From Octopus vulgaris (Eukaryota), in assembly GCA_951406725.2 (NCBI GenBank), contig OX597816.1:139686001-139750000 (forward strand): DNA of 64,000 bases, read 5' to 3'. The translations under genes and the position numbers were made by a program. This document shows, in pieces, positions 39,789-55,686 of the stretch. A model generated the notes under the pieces. That model was not told the DNA's origin. It did not search any database and was given only the letters and a program-made list of their open reading frames with translations. Every line of letters begins with the position of its first letter. The first letter of the stretch is position 1.

Positions 39789-40737
39789 CCATATTTTTTC
39801 CAGGCTAAGCTATTATGCTAAATAATAATGTGTCAAATGTGTCAATTAGCAGTGTCGTTGATAATTTTATCCCTACCTCAATGACGCCGGTTGAATATAT
39901 GAAGAACTATATTCATAAAAAAGTATACAATTATATTATCGGCCTCAAATTTGAGAAACTGACATTCATAAATAACATTTTTCTTTTAAAACTTCGTTGC
40001 ATGAGATTGATACTATGGAATTCCTCGAATTGAGCTCTATCATTTCAGCTTAATTAAAATATAATTTGTTTTTAAAATAAAAAAGTTAATTATACTTAAA
40101 TACAATTAAAAATTTTTTTTTTCATGATATTTTACCTCACAACTTTTTGATACAAAATTTTGTTGCATGGGACCAAAACTATGCAATTTTTCATGCTTTC
40201 TTCTATCGTTGAAAGCTACGATAAATATATTTTACTTTTAAAATAAAAAAAAAACGTTATTTAGATTAAAACTTGATTGGTGGCGTTACTTACTCTCCTG
40301 TAACATTGCTACATATTTTCATGTAAACTTTTTTCTACTGGATCAAATCTCAATTTATGCCAAAATGTAGCTAGGTCCTCTTCAGAACGATTAAATGATT
40401 TCAATTTGGTTAAGAAATGAATAAGCGACAAACTCTGAAAGATGCTGCGTGTGAGTAAATTGTGGCCTTAATATATGCACATGTGTGTGTGTATGTATGT
40501 ATATATATATAAATATTAATATATATACATATATAAATATATACATATATAAATACATACATATATGAATACATACATATATATATATATATATACACAT
40601 ATATTGTAAGCCATTTAAGAACACAAAAAAACCCCGTTGGTTTCACTTCAACATTTAAATTGAATTGGTGTCATATATACGTACGTACGTGCATGCATGC
40701 ATACATACATAAATACATACATACATACATACATACA

Positions 40738-40768
<31 letters not shown>

Positions 40769-41094
40769 TTACACGTGTGTATGTATGTGTGTGATTTCTC
40801 TTTGCTGAACTCATTTTCTCAATGAAAGAAAAGTATGCTTGATGAAGTGTAGCGTGATTAGTTAACAAGCAACACTTAGTAAGTTATTAACGACTCCACA
40901 TCTCACAATCTCATCATATCGCTCTTAGAAAAGATAATCCACTCTATTACGTACTTATTTTTATTCTTCTATATTATTTTTAACAGATTCAGTTTTCAGA
41001 CTTGGATCCTAAACAGGCACGGCACAAATACTAACACGACATCGACACTACTTCTTTGTACTACATTATTGTATTGATCTGAAAATAATAGAAA

Positions 41095-41492
41095 TAATAA
41101 TAATCCTTTCTACAAAGGGCACAAAGCCTGAAATTGGGGGGAGGGTAAGTCGATTACATTGATACCAGTACATCACCGGTACTTTATTTATCGACTCCAA
41201 AAGGATGCAAGGCAAAGTCGACCTCGGCGGAATTTGAACTCAAAACGTAAGTGCAGACGAAACACCGCTAAGTATTTCGTCCAGAAATATAAATAATAAT
41301 AATATTTTCTACTGAAGGCACAAGACCTGTAATTACAACAGGTGGGGGGGAGACTAGTCAATTACATAGACTCCAGTGTTTCGCTGGTACTTATTTAACC
41401 GATCTGGAAAGGATGAAATCAAAGTCGACCTCGGCGGAATTTGAACTCAGAACGTAGCTGCAGACAAAATACCGCTAAGTATTTCGTCCAGA

Positions 41493-41495
<3 letters not shown>
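41095..41495 (-). mobile_element. Two tandem SINE family B copies
   Basis: AAAGTCGACCTCGGCGGAATTTGAACTC occurs twice, each copy bounded by (AAT)n. Confidence 0.88.
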
Positions 41496-41553
<58 letters not shown>

Positions 41554-42096
41554 GCCTGATGCAAAACCAGGCACTGACTATCATGGCTTCTCATCTTAAC
41601 TGATTGGAAGTGCTACCATGCACATGTCTTGTCTTTGCTACAGCAAATATTCTGCTCAATAATACAGATTCGCTTGTCAGTTGCTTGATCATAACCAGTT
41701 CAGCATGTCCCTTAGTAGCTGACAATATGTGCTTCTCTGATCACGAGCAGAAGTAGTGAGGAAGCATCACAGCGATGTGTTGAAAGGAATTCTTCGGGGT
41801 TTGAATAACTCCCCTCTGGAACCATGGGTGTTTCGTTCAACATCTTTAAACAAACCTTAACCAGGGACCTTTTGAGCAGTAGGGGTTACTGAACCAGAAG
41901 GAAATTCTAACATGGCCCTACCTGCAAGGTTTCTCTTTATATGAGATCACCATGTCGCGCACATATGATTGTAATCCATGTGCCTGGTGTACCCTTATCG
42001 GAAGGGTACTCATGATGGGTATATTGGGATTTGTATATTTGTACCTCATTGCCAATTTGATGGCATGCGCCACTCTCTCCTTTAATAATGATGATG

Positions 42097-42158
<62 letters not shown>

Positions 42159-42289
42159 GGTTGTGCTATAATAATTGGTGCATTGTGAACTGTAAGCAAA
42201 TATATACCCAAATGGCTGAAGGAGATTGCATATATACATATATGTATATATATATGGATATATAAATTTATAGATATATATATACATAC

Positions 42290-42335
<46 letters not shown>

Positions 42336-42498
42336 ATACATATACACATATATGCATATACACACACATGTATACACACATATATATATACATATATATA
42401 TGCATATATACACACATGTATGCACACATATATACATACATGTATATAAACAAATATATATGCATATGTGTGTATATATATATATGTATGCATATATG

Positions 42499-42539
<41 letters not shown>

Positions 42540-43329
42540 TTTATTTCATATTGCTCCTGTTCACTCAGCTGTAGAAATAAGTTGCAACGTCACAGGTGCC
42601 AAGTTGTATCGGCCGTTGCCTTTCCCTTGGATAACACTAATGGTGTGGAGAGGGGAGGCCGGTATGCATGGGCGGGTGCTGGTCTTCCACAGACAATCTT
42701 GACCGGACTTGTACCTGGGAGAGTAACTTTCTAAGCGCAATCCAATGGTCTGTGTCGTGACCGAAGGGGGGTCTCAGAATATATATATATGCATAATAGC
42801 TTTGATGACTTTGATAGGTTACACCCATATACTCCCAGGCAATGACTACCATAATACCACCAAATGGTGACGAATTTTAGTCCTATATGTGGCACCATGG
42901 CCCACTCTAGCACAGAGTTATTATTGTTGGAGAAATATACGGGTGTAGGAGTGTGGTACGGGAATTCTTGAAGAAATTTATCTAGTGAAATTTCGAAGTT
43001 CATGGGATCCGTTTCTGTTCTGACGTATTTTAGTATGGTATTAAAGGGAGAGGTACCTATTGAGGTAAAGTAGTTGTGACGTAATGTTACGTATCCTGAG
43101 TTCGATGCATATATTTATATATATACATATATAAATGCATATATATACATATATCCATGTATATACACATATATATATATCTATATACATATGTATATGT
43201 ACATATATATGCATATATACATATGCATGCACATATATATGCATATACATATATGCATATATACATGTATATATACATATATATATTTGCATATATAGAT
43301 ATGTACATATATGCATATATATATACACA

Positions 43330-43578
43330 CACACATATATATATATATATACACACATGTGTATATATCCATATATATATTTATATCCATATATCCATAT
43401 ATATATATATACACACATGTGTATATATCCATATATATATTTATATCCATATATCCATATATATATATATACACACACATGTGTATATATCCATATATAT
43501 ATTTATATCCATATATCCATATATATATATATACACACACATGCGTATATATCCATATATATATTTATATCCATATAT

Positions 43579-43585
<7 letters not shown>
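43330..43585. repeat. ~52-54 bp tandem repeat (4 copies) built from microsatellite sequence
   Basis: ACACACATGTGTATATATCCATATATATATTTATATCCATATATCCATATAT repeated. Confidence 0.85.
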
Positions 43586-43633
<48 letters not shown>

Positions 43634-44498
43634 TATATATATATGCATTTTATATATACATATATGAATATATGTTGTGAATATATGTCTTGCGAGAAGT
43701 TGTGCAGGAAAAGATGCAGAAGTATGATGATGAGAATGATGAAGATGATGAGGAAGGGTATTGCTTTGTGCTGAAAGGTTAATAAGGACATCGTGTAAGG
43801 ACAACTTAGGTGTTATTTGACGTTGTAATAATCCGTATGTTGTTGTCAAAACATTTTCGACTCAGCTACTGTATGGCCCTTGTTTCAATAATGTGAGTGC
43901 GCACATGCTGGGGCAACGCCTTCAAGAATTTTAGTCTAACGAATCGATCACAGTACTTGTAATTATTACTGAGTGAGAGAGCAACACATGCCATGAAAGT
44001 GACACTGGAGTCTAATATTATTATTATTATTATTATTATTACTTTTGTCCTTTTTCAAACCTATTTGTCTACTTTTGTAAAACCACTATTGTAAGAGGGA
44101 TATAAACACCAACATCAGTTGTCAATCGGTGGTGGGAGACAAGCACAAACACTCAACAACGAGTTTTTTCAGTTTCTGTCTACCAAATCTAGTGTGTGCG
44201 TGAATGAGTATATGTATGTATGTATAAATATAGAGCGAGAGAGAGGGATGCTACAATTAAACCAAGCCAAGACATAACATATGTACACATAATATATAAA
44301 CACAGATGAGCCATCATCTAAAGCAAAAGACAATCAGTTAGCAATTTTGTGGACAAGGCGCATATCAGTGCTACACTAAGGAGTAGCAACTGATGAAAGA
44401 GAAATGACAGCAGGCGTCGGGATGCTGTGAATGGGTGATGGTGGTGTTGGTCGAGCGAGAATTTGAAATTTTCGCAATAGGTGTTAAGAAAAAGTTTT

Positions 44499-44811
44499 CT
44501 GTGTTGTAAGTAGCTTGCTTACCTACCACATGGTTCCGGGTTCAGTCCCATTGCGTGGCACCTTGGGCAAGTTTTTTCTGCTATACACTCAGGCCGACCA
44601 ACGCCTTGTGAGTGGATTTGGTAGACGGAAACTGCATGTATGTCTGTGTGTTTGTGTGTCTGTGTTTGTCCCCCAACATCGCTTGACAACCGGTGCTGGT
44701 TTGTTAACGTCCTGGTAACATAGCGGTTCAGCAAAAAGAAACCGATAGAATGAGTACTAGGATTACAAAGAATTAGTACTGGGGTAGATTTGTTCGACTA
44801 AAGGCGATGCT
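44499..44811 (+). mobile_element. SINE family A
   Basis: GTAAGTAGCTTGCTT...CCTTGGGCAAG...GACTAAAGGCG. Confidence 0.88.
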
Positions 44812-45144
44812 ACGGAGAAAAACTGTGAGAAAAACATAAAGGGACACGCGCACACATACATACATACAAAAAAGATATAGAATGAGAGAAAGGAAGAAGG
44901 AAATGGATAGACACAGATAATATATATGAATACATATTTATATACATGAGAGGATGTGTTTACGTTTGAATATATACATACACACATTAATAGACAGGTA
45001 GATAGATAGATAACATGAATATGTTTATGTATGCATATATGTATATACATACATACATACATTCATATATATATATATATATATATATATAAATGAATGA
45101 ATGTATGTGTGTATATATGTATAAATATGTTAAACGTCCATATA

Positions 45145-45179
<35 letters not shown>

Positions 45180-45472
45180 ATAGTGAGAGAGTGACAGAGA
45201 CAGTGTGTGTGCATGCGTGAGCGTGTGTGTGGGTGTGCGTGTGTGTTTGTGTGTGTGTGTCTGTGTGTTGATCAATGATGTTCCACGAGGAAGCCTTTCT
45301 GTCAGTGACGTGACATTTTGCTATCAGAAAGCACCACATGCCGTGTAGATCTGACAACAACTCCATTTGACGCCAAGCCATCTTCATTTACATGCAGTCG
45401 TCATAGCAACATGTATTCATTTGTTTATATCCTGACTTGGAGCGAAAAGCTCGTGGAATTTCGCGATAAATG

Positions 45473-45526
<54 letters not shown>

Positions 45527-45551
45527 GTATACACACACACACACACACTTT

Positions 45552-45607
<56 letters not shown>

Positions 45608-45639
45608 TGCGTCTAACAATATATGTATATGTGTGTGTG

Positions 45640-45755
<116 letters not shown>

Positions 45756-45804
45756 TAGAAATATATACACACGTATGTATGAATTACACACGCTACATTG
45801 GCTT

Positions 45805-46112
45805 TTCACTTGTTTTAGTCAGGCATTCGCTTTGAAGAATTTTTAGTCGAATGAATCAACCCCGGTACTTATCCTATCGTCTCTTTTGCTGAACAACTAA
45901 GTTAAGGGAACATAAACACATCAATACCAGTTGTCAAGCGGAGGTCACACACACACACACACATTATATATGACGGGCTTCTTTCAGTTTTCGCCTACCA
46001 TATCCACACACAAGGTTAGCTCGACACGACGTTATAACAGGACACAATTCCAAGGTGCCACGCAGTGGGATTGAACCCGAACCATATGTTTGGAGAGCAA
46101 GCTTCTTACCAC

Positions 46113-46113
<1 letters not shown>
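45805..46113 (-). mobile_element. SINE family A (diverged); further minus-strand pieces at about 34810-34960, 43850-44190, 46520-46700 and 46945-47093
   Basis: CAAGGTGCCACGCAGTGGGATTGAACCC and CTTTCAGTTTTCG motifs. Confidence 0.8.
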
Positions 46114-46143
<30 letters not shown>

Positions 46144-46165
46144 CATGTGTGGTGTGCAGTCAGAC

Positions 46166-46201
<36 letters not shown>

Positions 46202-46893
46202 AATATATATATATTCATTCAAAACTGATATACCTCATCCATTCATAGCGTACATACACATACAACCCATATGCAATTACTCCTCGACGTACAACCGGGT
46301 TCCTTTCTGGTCAACCGGATATCGGTATGGGGGTACCTCGAAGACCTATACCTATTTGACCTAGTTTTGGTGGAAGATTTTATTTTATATGCATTACTAG
46401 TATGGAATGCATACGAAACACTTTCAGTTTTATACATTTGGAAATATTGCCATATACACTACCCAATATATTTTTCTGATTTCTTCCTTAATTTCCTTAC
46501 TAATCTTTTTTATCTTTTGCATGTTTCGGTCATAGGACTCTGACCATGCTGGGGCACAGCCTTCACGGGTTTAGTGGAGTATATCGACACCAGCACTTGT
46601 TTTTAGAGTGCTACTTATTTATCATACACTTTGCCAAATGTTTGCAACGTAAACAAATCAATACTCGTTGTCAAACGGGGATGGGGGACAAACCATGACA
46701 CACACACACACGACATATGTGTAAATGCATGTATGTGTAGTTGTTTTGATGTCAAGATGTAATGAAATATTTAATACGTTTTGTAGCATGCGTGTTTATT
46801 ATTCTTGTACAAGAATAGTATTTAACAGTGACCTCGAAGTTTCGGCCTTAGTCTTCGTTCGAAAATCCGTAGAAGACATGTATGTATGTATGC

Positions 46894-46946
<53 letters not shown>

Positions 46947-48886
46947 CTCCTGCACAGTTTTCGTCCACAAAATTCGCTCACAAGCTCGGCCAGGTGTTAT
47001 AGTAGAAGTCAGTTGCTCAAGAGGTTTCCAATACAGGACTAAACTCGAAACCACGCGATACCAAAGCGAGCTTCTTGACCATACAACCATGCCTATCCTA
47101 TTTTATAATTCCCTTAATCGCGACTCAGAAGGTCTGAACCATTCAGATGTTTGCTTGCTTTAAGGTTTTCTTCGTAATCATATTCGTTCTTCAACGTCTT
47201 CAAACTACATCTAACCTTAGATTTAATTGTTTGTTAATAGATGTTAATGAATACAGTCTTTTGCGGGGTTTACTTTTCCCCGTTGATGTTCCATCCAGAG
47301 TAGAAACATTTTTCCATCTCGAGGATATTTCTTTGATGCTTCTTTTAACATATATTGTCGTTAATCGGTAAAATGTTTGACAAAGCTTCCGAACAATTTA
47401 CTGAGACCCAAGGCTCTATGCCTGTCCTTAAGAATAAGCGTAATCATGAGTGATATTTATTTTTCCTTTCTCTTTTATGTTGTCAAATTACTTACATTTT
47501 TAATTTCCAAATAATGTGACTACCTCTGCTCCTTATCGGTTGTATTAGTAGTTAGAAAAATCTTTACAGCTTCCAGGGGTGCTAAATCCATAGACGGTAA
47601 TAGAAATATTTGCGTTACGACGGCTGAAGTATACTAAATGCCAAGAAAAAAACGCACTGACTCATACAACAAGCGCTAAACACTCGCAAATTACGCGGGA
47701 ATATTTGAGTTTTATTATAACTGGTCCGTTGTAACATCATGTGGTCGTAGTTCCACTGTTCCTACGTAGGGCATCTCTTTATACGACTACACTCATATAA
47801 CACACACGTACACACTCACCCTCCACACGCACACGTCGATTTTCTTATTTTATGTATATATATTTATTAACTTATTTTTCTCTATATTGTCACATTAGTT
47901 ATTTGTAGTTTGTTTTCTATAGTAAAGATCCGGAAAAAATAACGTTTCCGTGCCTTCGTTATCTCTGCTTCAAGGTGACTCGAATTTTGGCGTGTGTTGT
48001 TGCTGCCTTTTTATTGAAAGCAAGTCCAGTATAATTGCTATAGACGTTACTGCGAGAACATGATTTCTTTTTTTCACTATGAGTTGTATACGTCATTAGT
48101 CAGATGCATCATTTGAATTGAGGATTAAAAGATCAATTGCAATGCTCTGAACGACACAACTCATAACTGGAAAAAGATAGGAAAACATTAATAATGCTTA
48201 ACACAATACTTTTCAGAATACCTCCAAGACCACCACCACCACCAAGCGTAGACAATTGATTGTGTAAACAATATTCATAATATAGAACAATCTTAAAACA
48301 AACATAAAGACAACAAAGATAAATCATATATGAAAAATAGCGCCTGAAGGATGATGGATAAATCTAACCGTACGAATTCAAACTTTGCTGGTATTGTTTA
48401 CAGTTATCACATTAGCCTTGTCTACAATGAAATTAACAGCAGCCACGCCAACAGCACGCCACCAAGAAGATGAGACTACGAAAGTCTAAAAACATTCATG
48501 GGTTTGCAATAATCTTATATATGAAAAAGTAAAAAGAAAAATTGATAAAATATATAAAACTTGAAGAGAGGCGTGGTTGCAATGCATGAGACTGTCTGCA
48601 TTTCGTCTGTGATACGAGGTCTTTTTATCTGTCTTTGGCTGTCTGTCTGTCTGTCTCTTTTTTGCTCGCTCTCTCCTTCAGTATGTGTGTGTGTGGGGGG
48701 GAGGTGCGCAGCATATGTCCCGAGCAATAAATTCGATATCATATAGGAATATTACGAACCCAGTTCACTCGCATGCTTTCCAATCTCTCTCTCACGTGCG
48801 TGCGTGTATGTATGTGTGTCTTCTGAACGTAGTGTTTGTACAGGTATGTCAGCATGTGCTAGAGTATGTTTAGTATACGCGCGTGC

Positions 48887-48944
<58 letters not shown>

Positions 48945-49167
48945 ATGTGGGACGGAGTGAGTCTACGTGTACGAATTTGTGATTGTGTATATGTATAATC
49001 TATGCTACTGAGGGCAGGTGTCTGATGTGCGTGAAGGGCGTGCGTATGATGATCCATTGATTTTGTAACTGTTACGTAAATCGGAATAGGTAAAAACAAT
49101 AACTACACAGACACATACGCTACGTGCACACAAGTGAAAAATGCGTGTGTATCTCTCTATCTGTCTA

Positions 49168-49250
<83 letters not shown>

Positions 49251-49578
49251 AACACATAAATATGAGTAAACATGTATATATATACATAAATATACATGAG
49301 TATGCATGTGTATATATATATATATACGTGTGTGTGTTTATTTGTGTGTGTGTGTTTATTTTTGTGTGAGTGTGTGTGTACGTGCGTGTTTCTGTTTATG
49401 TGTGCAAATTTTGCTTCAAATACGAATGTGATAGATAGAGGTCTTTTATCAGCTGAGATTATTACAGGAATGTGTCAATGTAAATAGTTTCGAGGACAGT
49501 CATATTTATCAAATACCTAATTTGATAATTCTCCTGGTATGAAGCCTCAGGCACACATACATACATATATACATATGT

Positions 49579-49642
<64 letters not shown>

Positions 49643-49666
49643 CATATAACACACACACACACACAC

Positions 49667-49706
<40 letters not shown>

Positions 49707-50404
49707 AGAAAGAAAGAGAAATGAGGAAACGGAAAACTAAATGGATAAAGTCCGCAAAGAATAATATTAAGTCATTTAAGGTTTGGGGTAAGTGAAAGAG
49801 CTATCAGCTGTATTCTGGTTATCGTCCTTCCTTGGATAGTTGTGAAATTGGATGTAAGGATAGAAGGGACGGGAGAGGGAACATGAAAAGAAAGTAGGGG
49901 AAACCTTTCCAGCGTTAGAAACCACTTTGTGTATGACTACGTGTTTGCCCACCGTTTTATCAGAGGTGAATGTAGGGTAACTGGGGTATTTTGGGGTCAG
50001 GAGATCGAATGAGTGTGGTTGCAATGGATGGGCATGGCTTACTCCTGAAGGAGAATGGTGATGAGTGATATATGTCATGAAAATCGAGGGCATTACCCAC
50101 GATACATTTCTAATTCATAGACTTCTAATGGCAGTAGGAGGATCTAACCTGAAGGCTTCACAAACTAGAAAAGTGGATAAACACGTTAAAACAAGACTCT
50201 TGAGTGAGGAAAGCGAATACAAAGAAAGTTTTGAAGTGCATGTCCTGTTTGTGGAAGTCCCATCAGCACGGATATATCAAAATCAGCCTCTTGTATGCAA
50301 CATATATACACAAATATATGCACTGCTACAATATACACATAAGTATGTGTGTCTATAAATATATAGGGACACATATAAATATATAGGGATATATATATTC
50401 ATAT

Positions 50405-50740
50405 TTGTTGGCACTCCATCGCTTACGACGACGAGGCTTCCAGTTGATCCTGTCAACGGAACAGCCTGCTCGTCAAATTAACGTGCAAGTGGCTGAGCAC
50501 TCCACAGACACGTGTACCCTTAACGTAGTTCTCGGGGATATTCAGCGTGACACAGTGTGATAAGGCTGGGCCTTTGAATTATAGGCACACCAGAAACAGG
50601 AAGTCAGAGTGAGAGAAAGTTGTGGTGAAAGAGTACAGCAGGATTCGCCATCATCCCCTGCCGGAGGTCGTGGAGCTTTAGGTGTTTTCACTCAATAAAC
50701 ACTCAGAACGCCCGGTCTGGAAATCGAAACCGCGATCCTA
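50405..50740 (-). mobile_element. SINE family D, 5'-truncated
   Basis: Minus strand opens with a B box (GGTTTCGATTTCC). Part of the body (ACGTTAAGGGTACACGTG) recurs in degenerate form at about 400-470. Confidence 0.65.
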
Positions 50741-51041
50741 TAACACACACACACGTATATGTATATATATTTATTTATATATATATATATATATATACAC
50801 GCATGGGAAGGTGTGTGAACCTATGTCTGAACAAGCCATGAGCGAACATTCAAAATTTCTGAGATTGGATAAGTTTTAGAACCTGTTAGAAGTTACCATT
50901 TACCTCTGAAAAATATGAGTTCGTGTTATTCAGTATACATATATACCAGATGTCAACGCTCGAGTAAGTATATATGTGTGAGACACTGTATGCGACTGCA
51001 TGTGTATGAGAGTGTATGTATGTGTGCGTGTGTATGTGTGT

Positions 51042-51082
<41 letters not shown>

Positions 51083-51230
51083 TACATACATATATAAATA
51101 TGTATGTGTAGGTAGTTATACACACACATATTCTGTTTATTAAATCATATCTCAATACACGTGTCTGTGTGAGGGAGTGTGTGATGTATATCTTTTATGA
51201 GATAAATTTTAATAAACATGTGTATATAAA

Positions 51231-51308
<78 letters not shown>

Positions 51309-51546
51309 TTATATTTGGGGTTGTTCAAATTTTAGCCAATTTAACACACGCACTATATATTTGGTATTCACTGCAGTATTATTATTGTTGTCGTAAACCT
51401 GAAGTAAAGACCAAGCATATAGTGAATGTGTTTAATTTGCAAAAATATAACCATCCCCAAATATAACAATATCCATATCAACAAACGGTTTCATATTGGA
51501 AATTTTGCAAAACAAATACACGCGCGCGCACACAAACACACATATA

Positions 51547-52283
51547 GTCACAGGAGTAGCTGTGTGGTAAGAAGCTTGCTTCCAAACCACATGGCTCCGG
51601 TTTCCGTCGCACTGTGTGGCGCCTTAGGCAACTGTCTTCTACTATAGCCTCGGGTCGACCAAAAGCTTGTGAGAGGATTAGGGAGACGGAAACTCAAAGA
51701 AGTCCACCGTATATATCTCTCTATATATAAACGGCAGTTTGTCTGTGCGTGTTTCTGTGTGTCTGTTTGCTTGTACCCTCACCCTGACCACGGCTTTCAA
51801 CCGATTCTGATGAAACTTGACACACACATAGCCCAACGTCATAATTCAAAACTAACGCAGTGAAAATTTTGAAAAGTTCCCCCAGTTCTGAAAAAATCGA
51901 TAAATTCGACATGGGGTCGAGAATCAGAAACACGAACCACAAACTGTCTAGGGGACGCAACTCCACCTTTTTTAAATCTCAAAAAACAATTTACCATCAT
52001 TTTTTTCCATTTTTTTGCTATATTTTGGCTATCACTCTCTAAAAATGCTTTATAGTTATTTCCCTTACAAACCTGAGCAACGCCGGGCGATACAGCTAGT
52101 ACATACATATACGTATCTGTATGTCTGTGTTTGTTCACCCACCATCGCTTGACAACCGATGTTGATGTGTTGGAGACCGACCGATTTAGTACTAGGCTTA
52201 CAAAGAATGAGTCCTGTGGTCAATTCGTTCGACTAAACACGGTGCTCCAGCATGGCTGCAGTCAAACGACTGAAACAAGTAGA
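51547..52283 (+). mobile_element. SINE family A split by a Helitron
   Basis: Head at 51547-51712 and tail at 52100-52283 (GGTGCTCCAGCATGGCTGCAGTCAAACGACTGAAACAAG). Confidence 0.85.
51716..52099 (+). mobile_element. Non-autonomous Helitron
   Basis: A|TC start, CTAG|T end, subterminal GC hairpin CCTGAGC-AAC-GCCGGG about 8 nt before CTAG, no TSD. Removing it restores the SINE. Confidence 0.85.
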
Positions 52284-52302
52284 GGAATACATACATACAT
52301 AC

Positions 52303-52355
<53 letters not shown>

Positions 52356-52524
52356 GTATGTATGTATGTGTGTATGTATGTATTTTTCACACAATGTCCT
52401 GTTCGGCTTAGTACGTGAGACACTATATATTCGTTTGTGTTTTTTGTGTATGTCTATATTATATCATTTATATATATATACATATATAAACATTTTAAAA
52501 CATGATACATACTTATACATTTTC

Positions 52525-52672
52525 TACGTGTTGAGTTCAAATTCCGCCAAGGTCAACTTAGTCTTTCCTCTTTCAGTGACGATGAAATAAGCACCAGTTG
52601 AGCAGTGGGGTCGATATAGTCGATTCACCCAACTCCTATAAAACTGCTCGCCGTATACAAGAATTTGAAATC
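52525..52672 (+). mobile_element. SINE family B fragment
   Basis: GAGTTCAAATTCCGCCAAGGTC...GGGGTCGAT. Confidence 0.75.
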
Positions 52673-52715
52673 AATATGTATATATCTATTACATTATGCT
52701 TTAATTCTATTATAC

Positions 52716-52784
<69 letters not shown>

Positions 52785-53095
52785 ATATATATAAATATAT
52801 ATTTAAATATATATATGTATATATATATTTATATATATAAATATATAAATATATATTTATATATGTATATATATATATATATTTATATATATAAATATAT
52901 TTATATATGTATATATATTTATATATATATATATATTCATATATATGTATCTATATATATAATGTGCATATATACATATATATATACACATTTATATATA
53001 TACATATATATTACACATACGTATACATACATATACACATATATGTATGTATATATGCAGGTATGTATGTATCTATATCTATATATATATGGGTG

Positions 53096-53127
<32 letters not shown>

Positions 53128-54005
53128 CATGTGGGTATGCACATGTATATATATGTATGTATACAGATATATTTACAGACACACATCAATATATACATAT
53201 ACAGGTATGCATGCCTTTATATATAAGATATATATATTTTATGTAATAAATGTATATGTCCTTTACACACACACACACACACACACATTTTTTTTTATAG
53301 TCATATATATATATTTCTTTCGCAATTCGCATTCTTTACAAGTTATGTAGCCTTATTGTACTTAATATTTTATGTTAAAATTATCTGTGAGGTGGTAGCA
53401 CTGATTAAACAAACAAAACGTGTGACCTTGCGACAATGTCAGCTGTAGCATTCATACTTAGTGTGTGTGTATGCATTTATGTACATGTATGTACATATAT
53501 ATACATGTACAAAATACACTGTGTGTGTGTGTATGTATGAGTGTGTGCGCCCGTCTGTGTGTTTGCCGACATCGATAGGGACCTGTTGCTGGACGGTTCA
53601 TACTTAGACGTAACGAATCCACCAACAGGTCAATTTTGAAGTTGGCAATGACAAACGACTATGACTATATCTGCGAACAGTTCTTCGATACGAACTCTCA
53701 CTAGCTACTTGTGCGTACAGGTCACCACTTATGAATGGTGAACAGCCTCAGTTGGCATTATACTTACATGATTGCATACATACGCAACATATTTGTGTTG
53801 GCGTGGGTGTGGTACATACAAATATATAAATGCATTTATGAGTGTGTGTGTGTGTGTTTGTGTGTGTGTGTCAGTAACAGTATACGTGCGAGTCTGTCCT
53901 GCAGAGGACTTATGGGTAGTGGTCTGCTTCTATAAGTTATATTTCATCCAAATGTACAAATGTGTAATCTTCATTTCATATACGCATTATATATACATAT
54001 ATACT

Positions 54006-54081
<76 letters not shown>

Positions 54082-54460
54082 TATATACATATATATATAT
54101 ACATAAATACATACATATATACATATATATATACATATATATATATATACATATATACATATACATATATACATATATATATATATACATATATATATAT
54201 ACATATATATATATACATATATATAAATACATATATATATACATACATATATATATATACATATATATAAATACATATATATATACATACATATATATGT
54301 AAACATATATATATATATATACATATATATATACATATACATATATATACATATATATATACATATACATATAAATATATATACATATACATATATACAT
54401 ATATACATATATATACATATACATATATATAAATATACATATATTTATACATATATATAT

Positions 54461-55082
54461 AAATCCTTAAATCCTTAAAAATGTTTTAGTCCGAAGGCCG
54501 CGGCCATGCTGGGGCACCACCGCTGAATGAGCTACACTAGTTTGTGAATCCACCTCTGATACGTGGCACTTGATCAACAAGGGAGTTCGATGCTGCTGCC
54601 CGCATCCGTGTCTCCTGTCGTGAGGTAGGTTCATCTGGGACTCCCAACAAGAAGAGATCCAGTTTAGTTTTAAAGAAACCCACATCCACACCATGTAAGT
54701 CTCTCAGGCATTTAGGGAGGATGTTAAAGAGCTGTGGTCCTCTGAAACCCAAGCTGTTGCAGTATCTGGACCTGTATTTTGATGGTGATGTTGGAATCCT
54801 TGGCACCACGCAGCGGCGCCCCGTTCTGCGGTTGGAGTAACTTTGAATGCCAAAGTTTGGGACAAGACCCTCCAGGATTTTCCAGATGTATATCACTGCA
54901 TATCTCTCCCGCCTCCGCTCCAGGGAGAAGAGGTTTAATACCTTCAGTCTTTCCCAGTAGCTGACATTTTGCATTGAGACGATTTTCTTTGTGTAGCTTC
55001 TCTGAGTTGCTTCGAGTTCTGCTGTTTGTTTTATATTGTGTGGTGACCAAAGTTGGGAGCAGTAGTCCAAGCGGCTGAGGAT
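54461..55082 (-). mobile_element. 5'-truncated CR1-group LINE (ORF2 C-terminus, 3' UTR, tail)
   Basis: Open frame [14 protein letters not shown]...LEATQRSYTKKI...SYWERLKVLNLFSLERRRER...GPQLFNILP...FKTKLD, typical of the CR1-group post-RT region. Stop at 54537, then an (AAGGATTT)2 tail, inserted in (TA)n. Confidence 0.92.
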
Positions 55083-55345
55083 ATATACATATATATACAT
55101 ATACATATACATATATATAAATATACATATATTTATACATATATATATATATACATATATATACATATACATATATTTATACATATATATATATATACAT
55201 ATATATACATATACATATATTTATACATATATATAAATATACATATATATATATACATATATATATACATATATATATACATATATATTATATATATATA
55301 CATATATATATACATATATATACATATATATTATATATATATACA

Positions 55346-55504
<159 letters not shown>

Positions 55505-55589
55505 TATTATATATATATACATATATATTATATATATATACATACATATTATATTATATATATATACATATATATTATATATATATACA

Positions 55590-55668
<79 letters not shown>

Positions 55669-55686
<18 letters not shown>

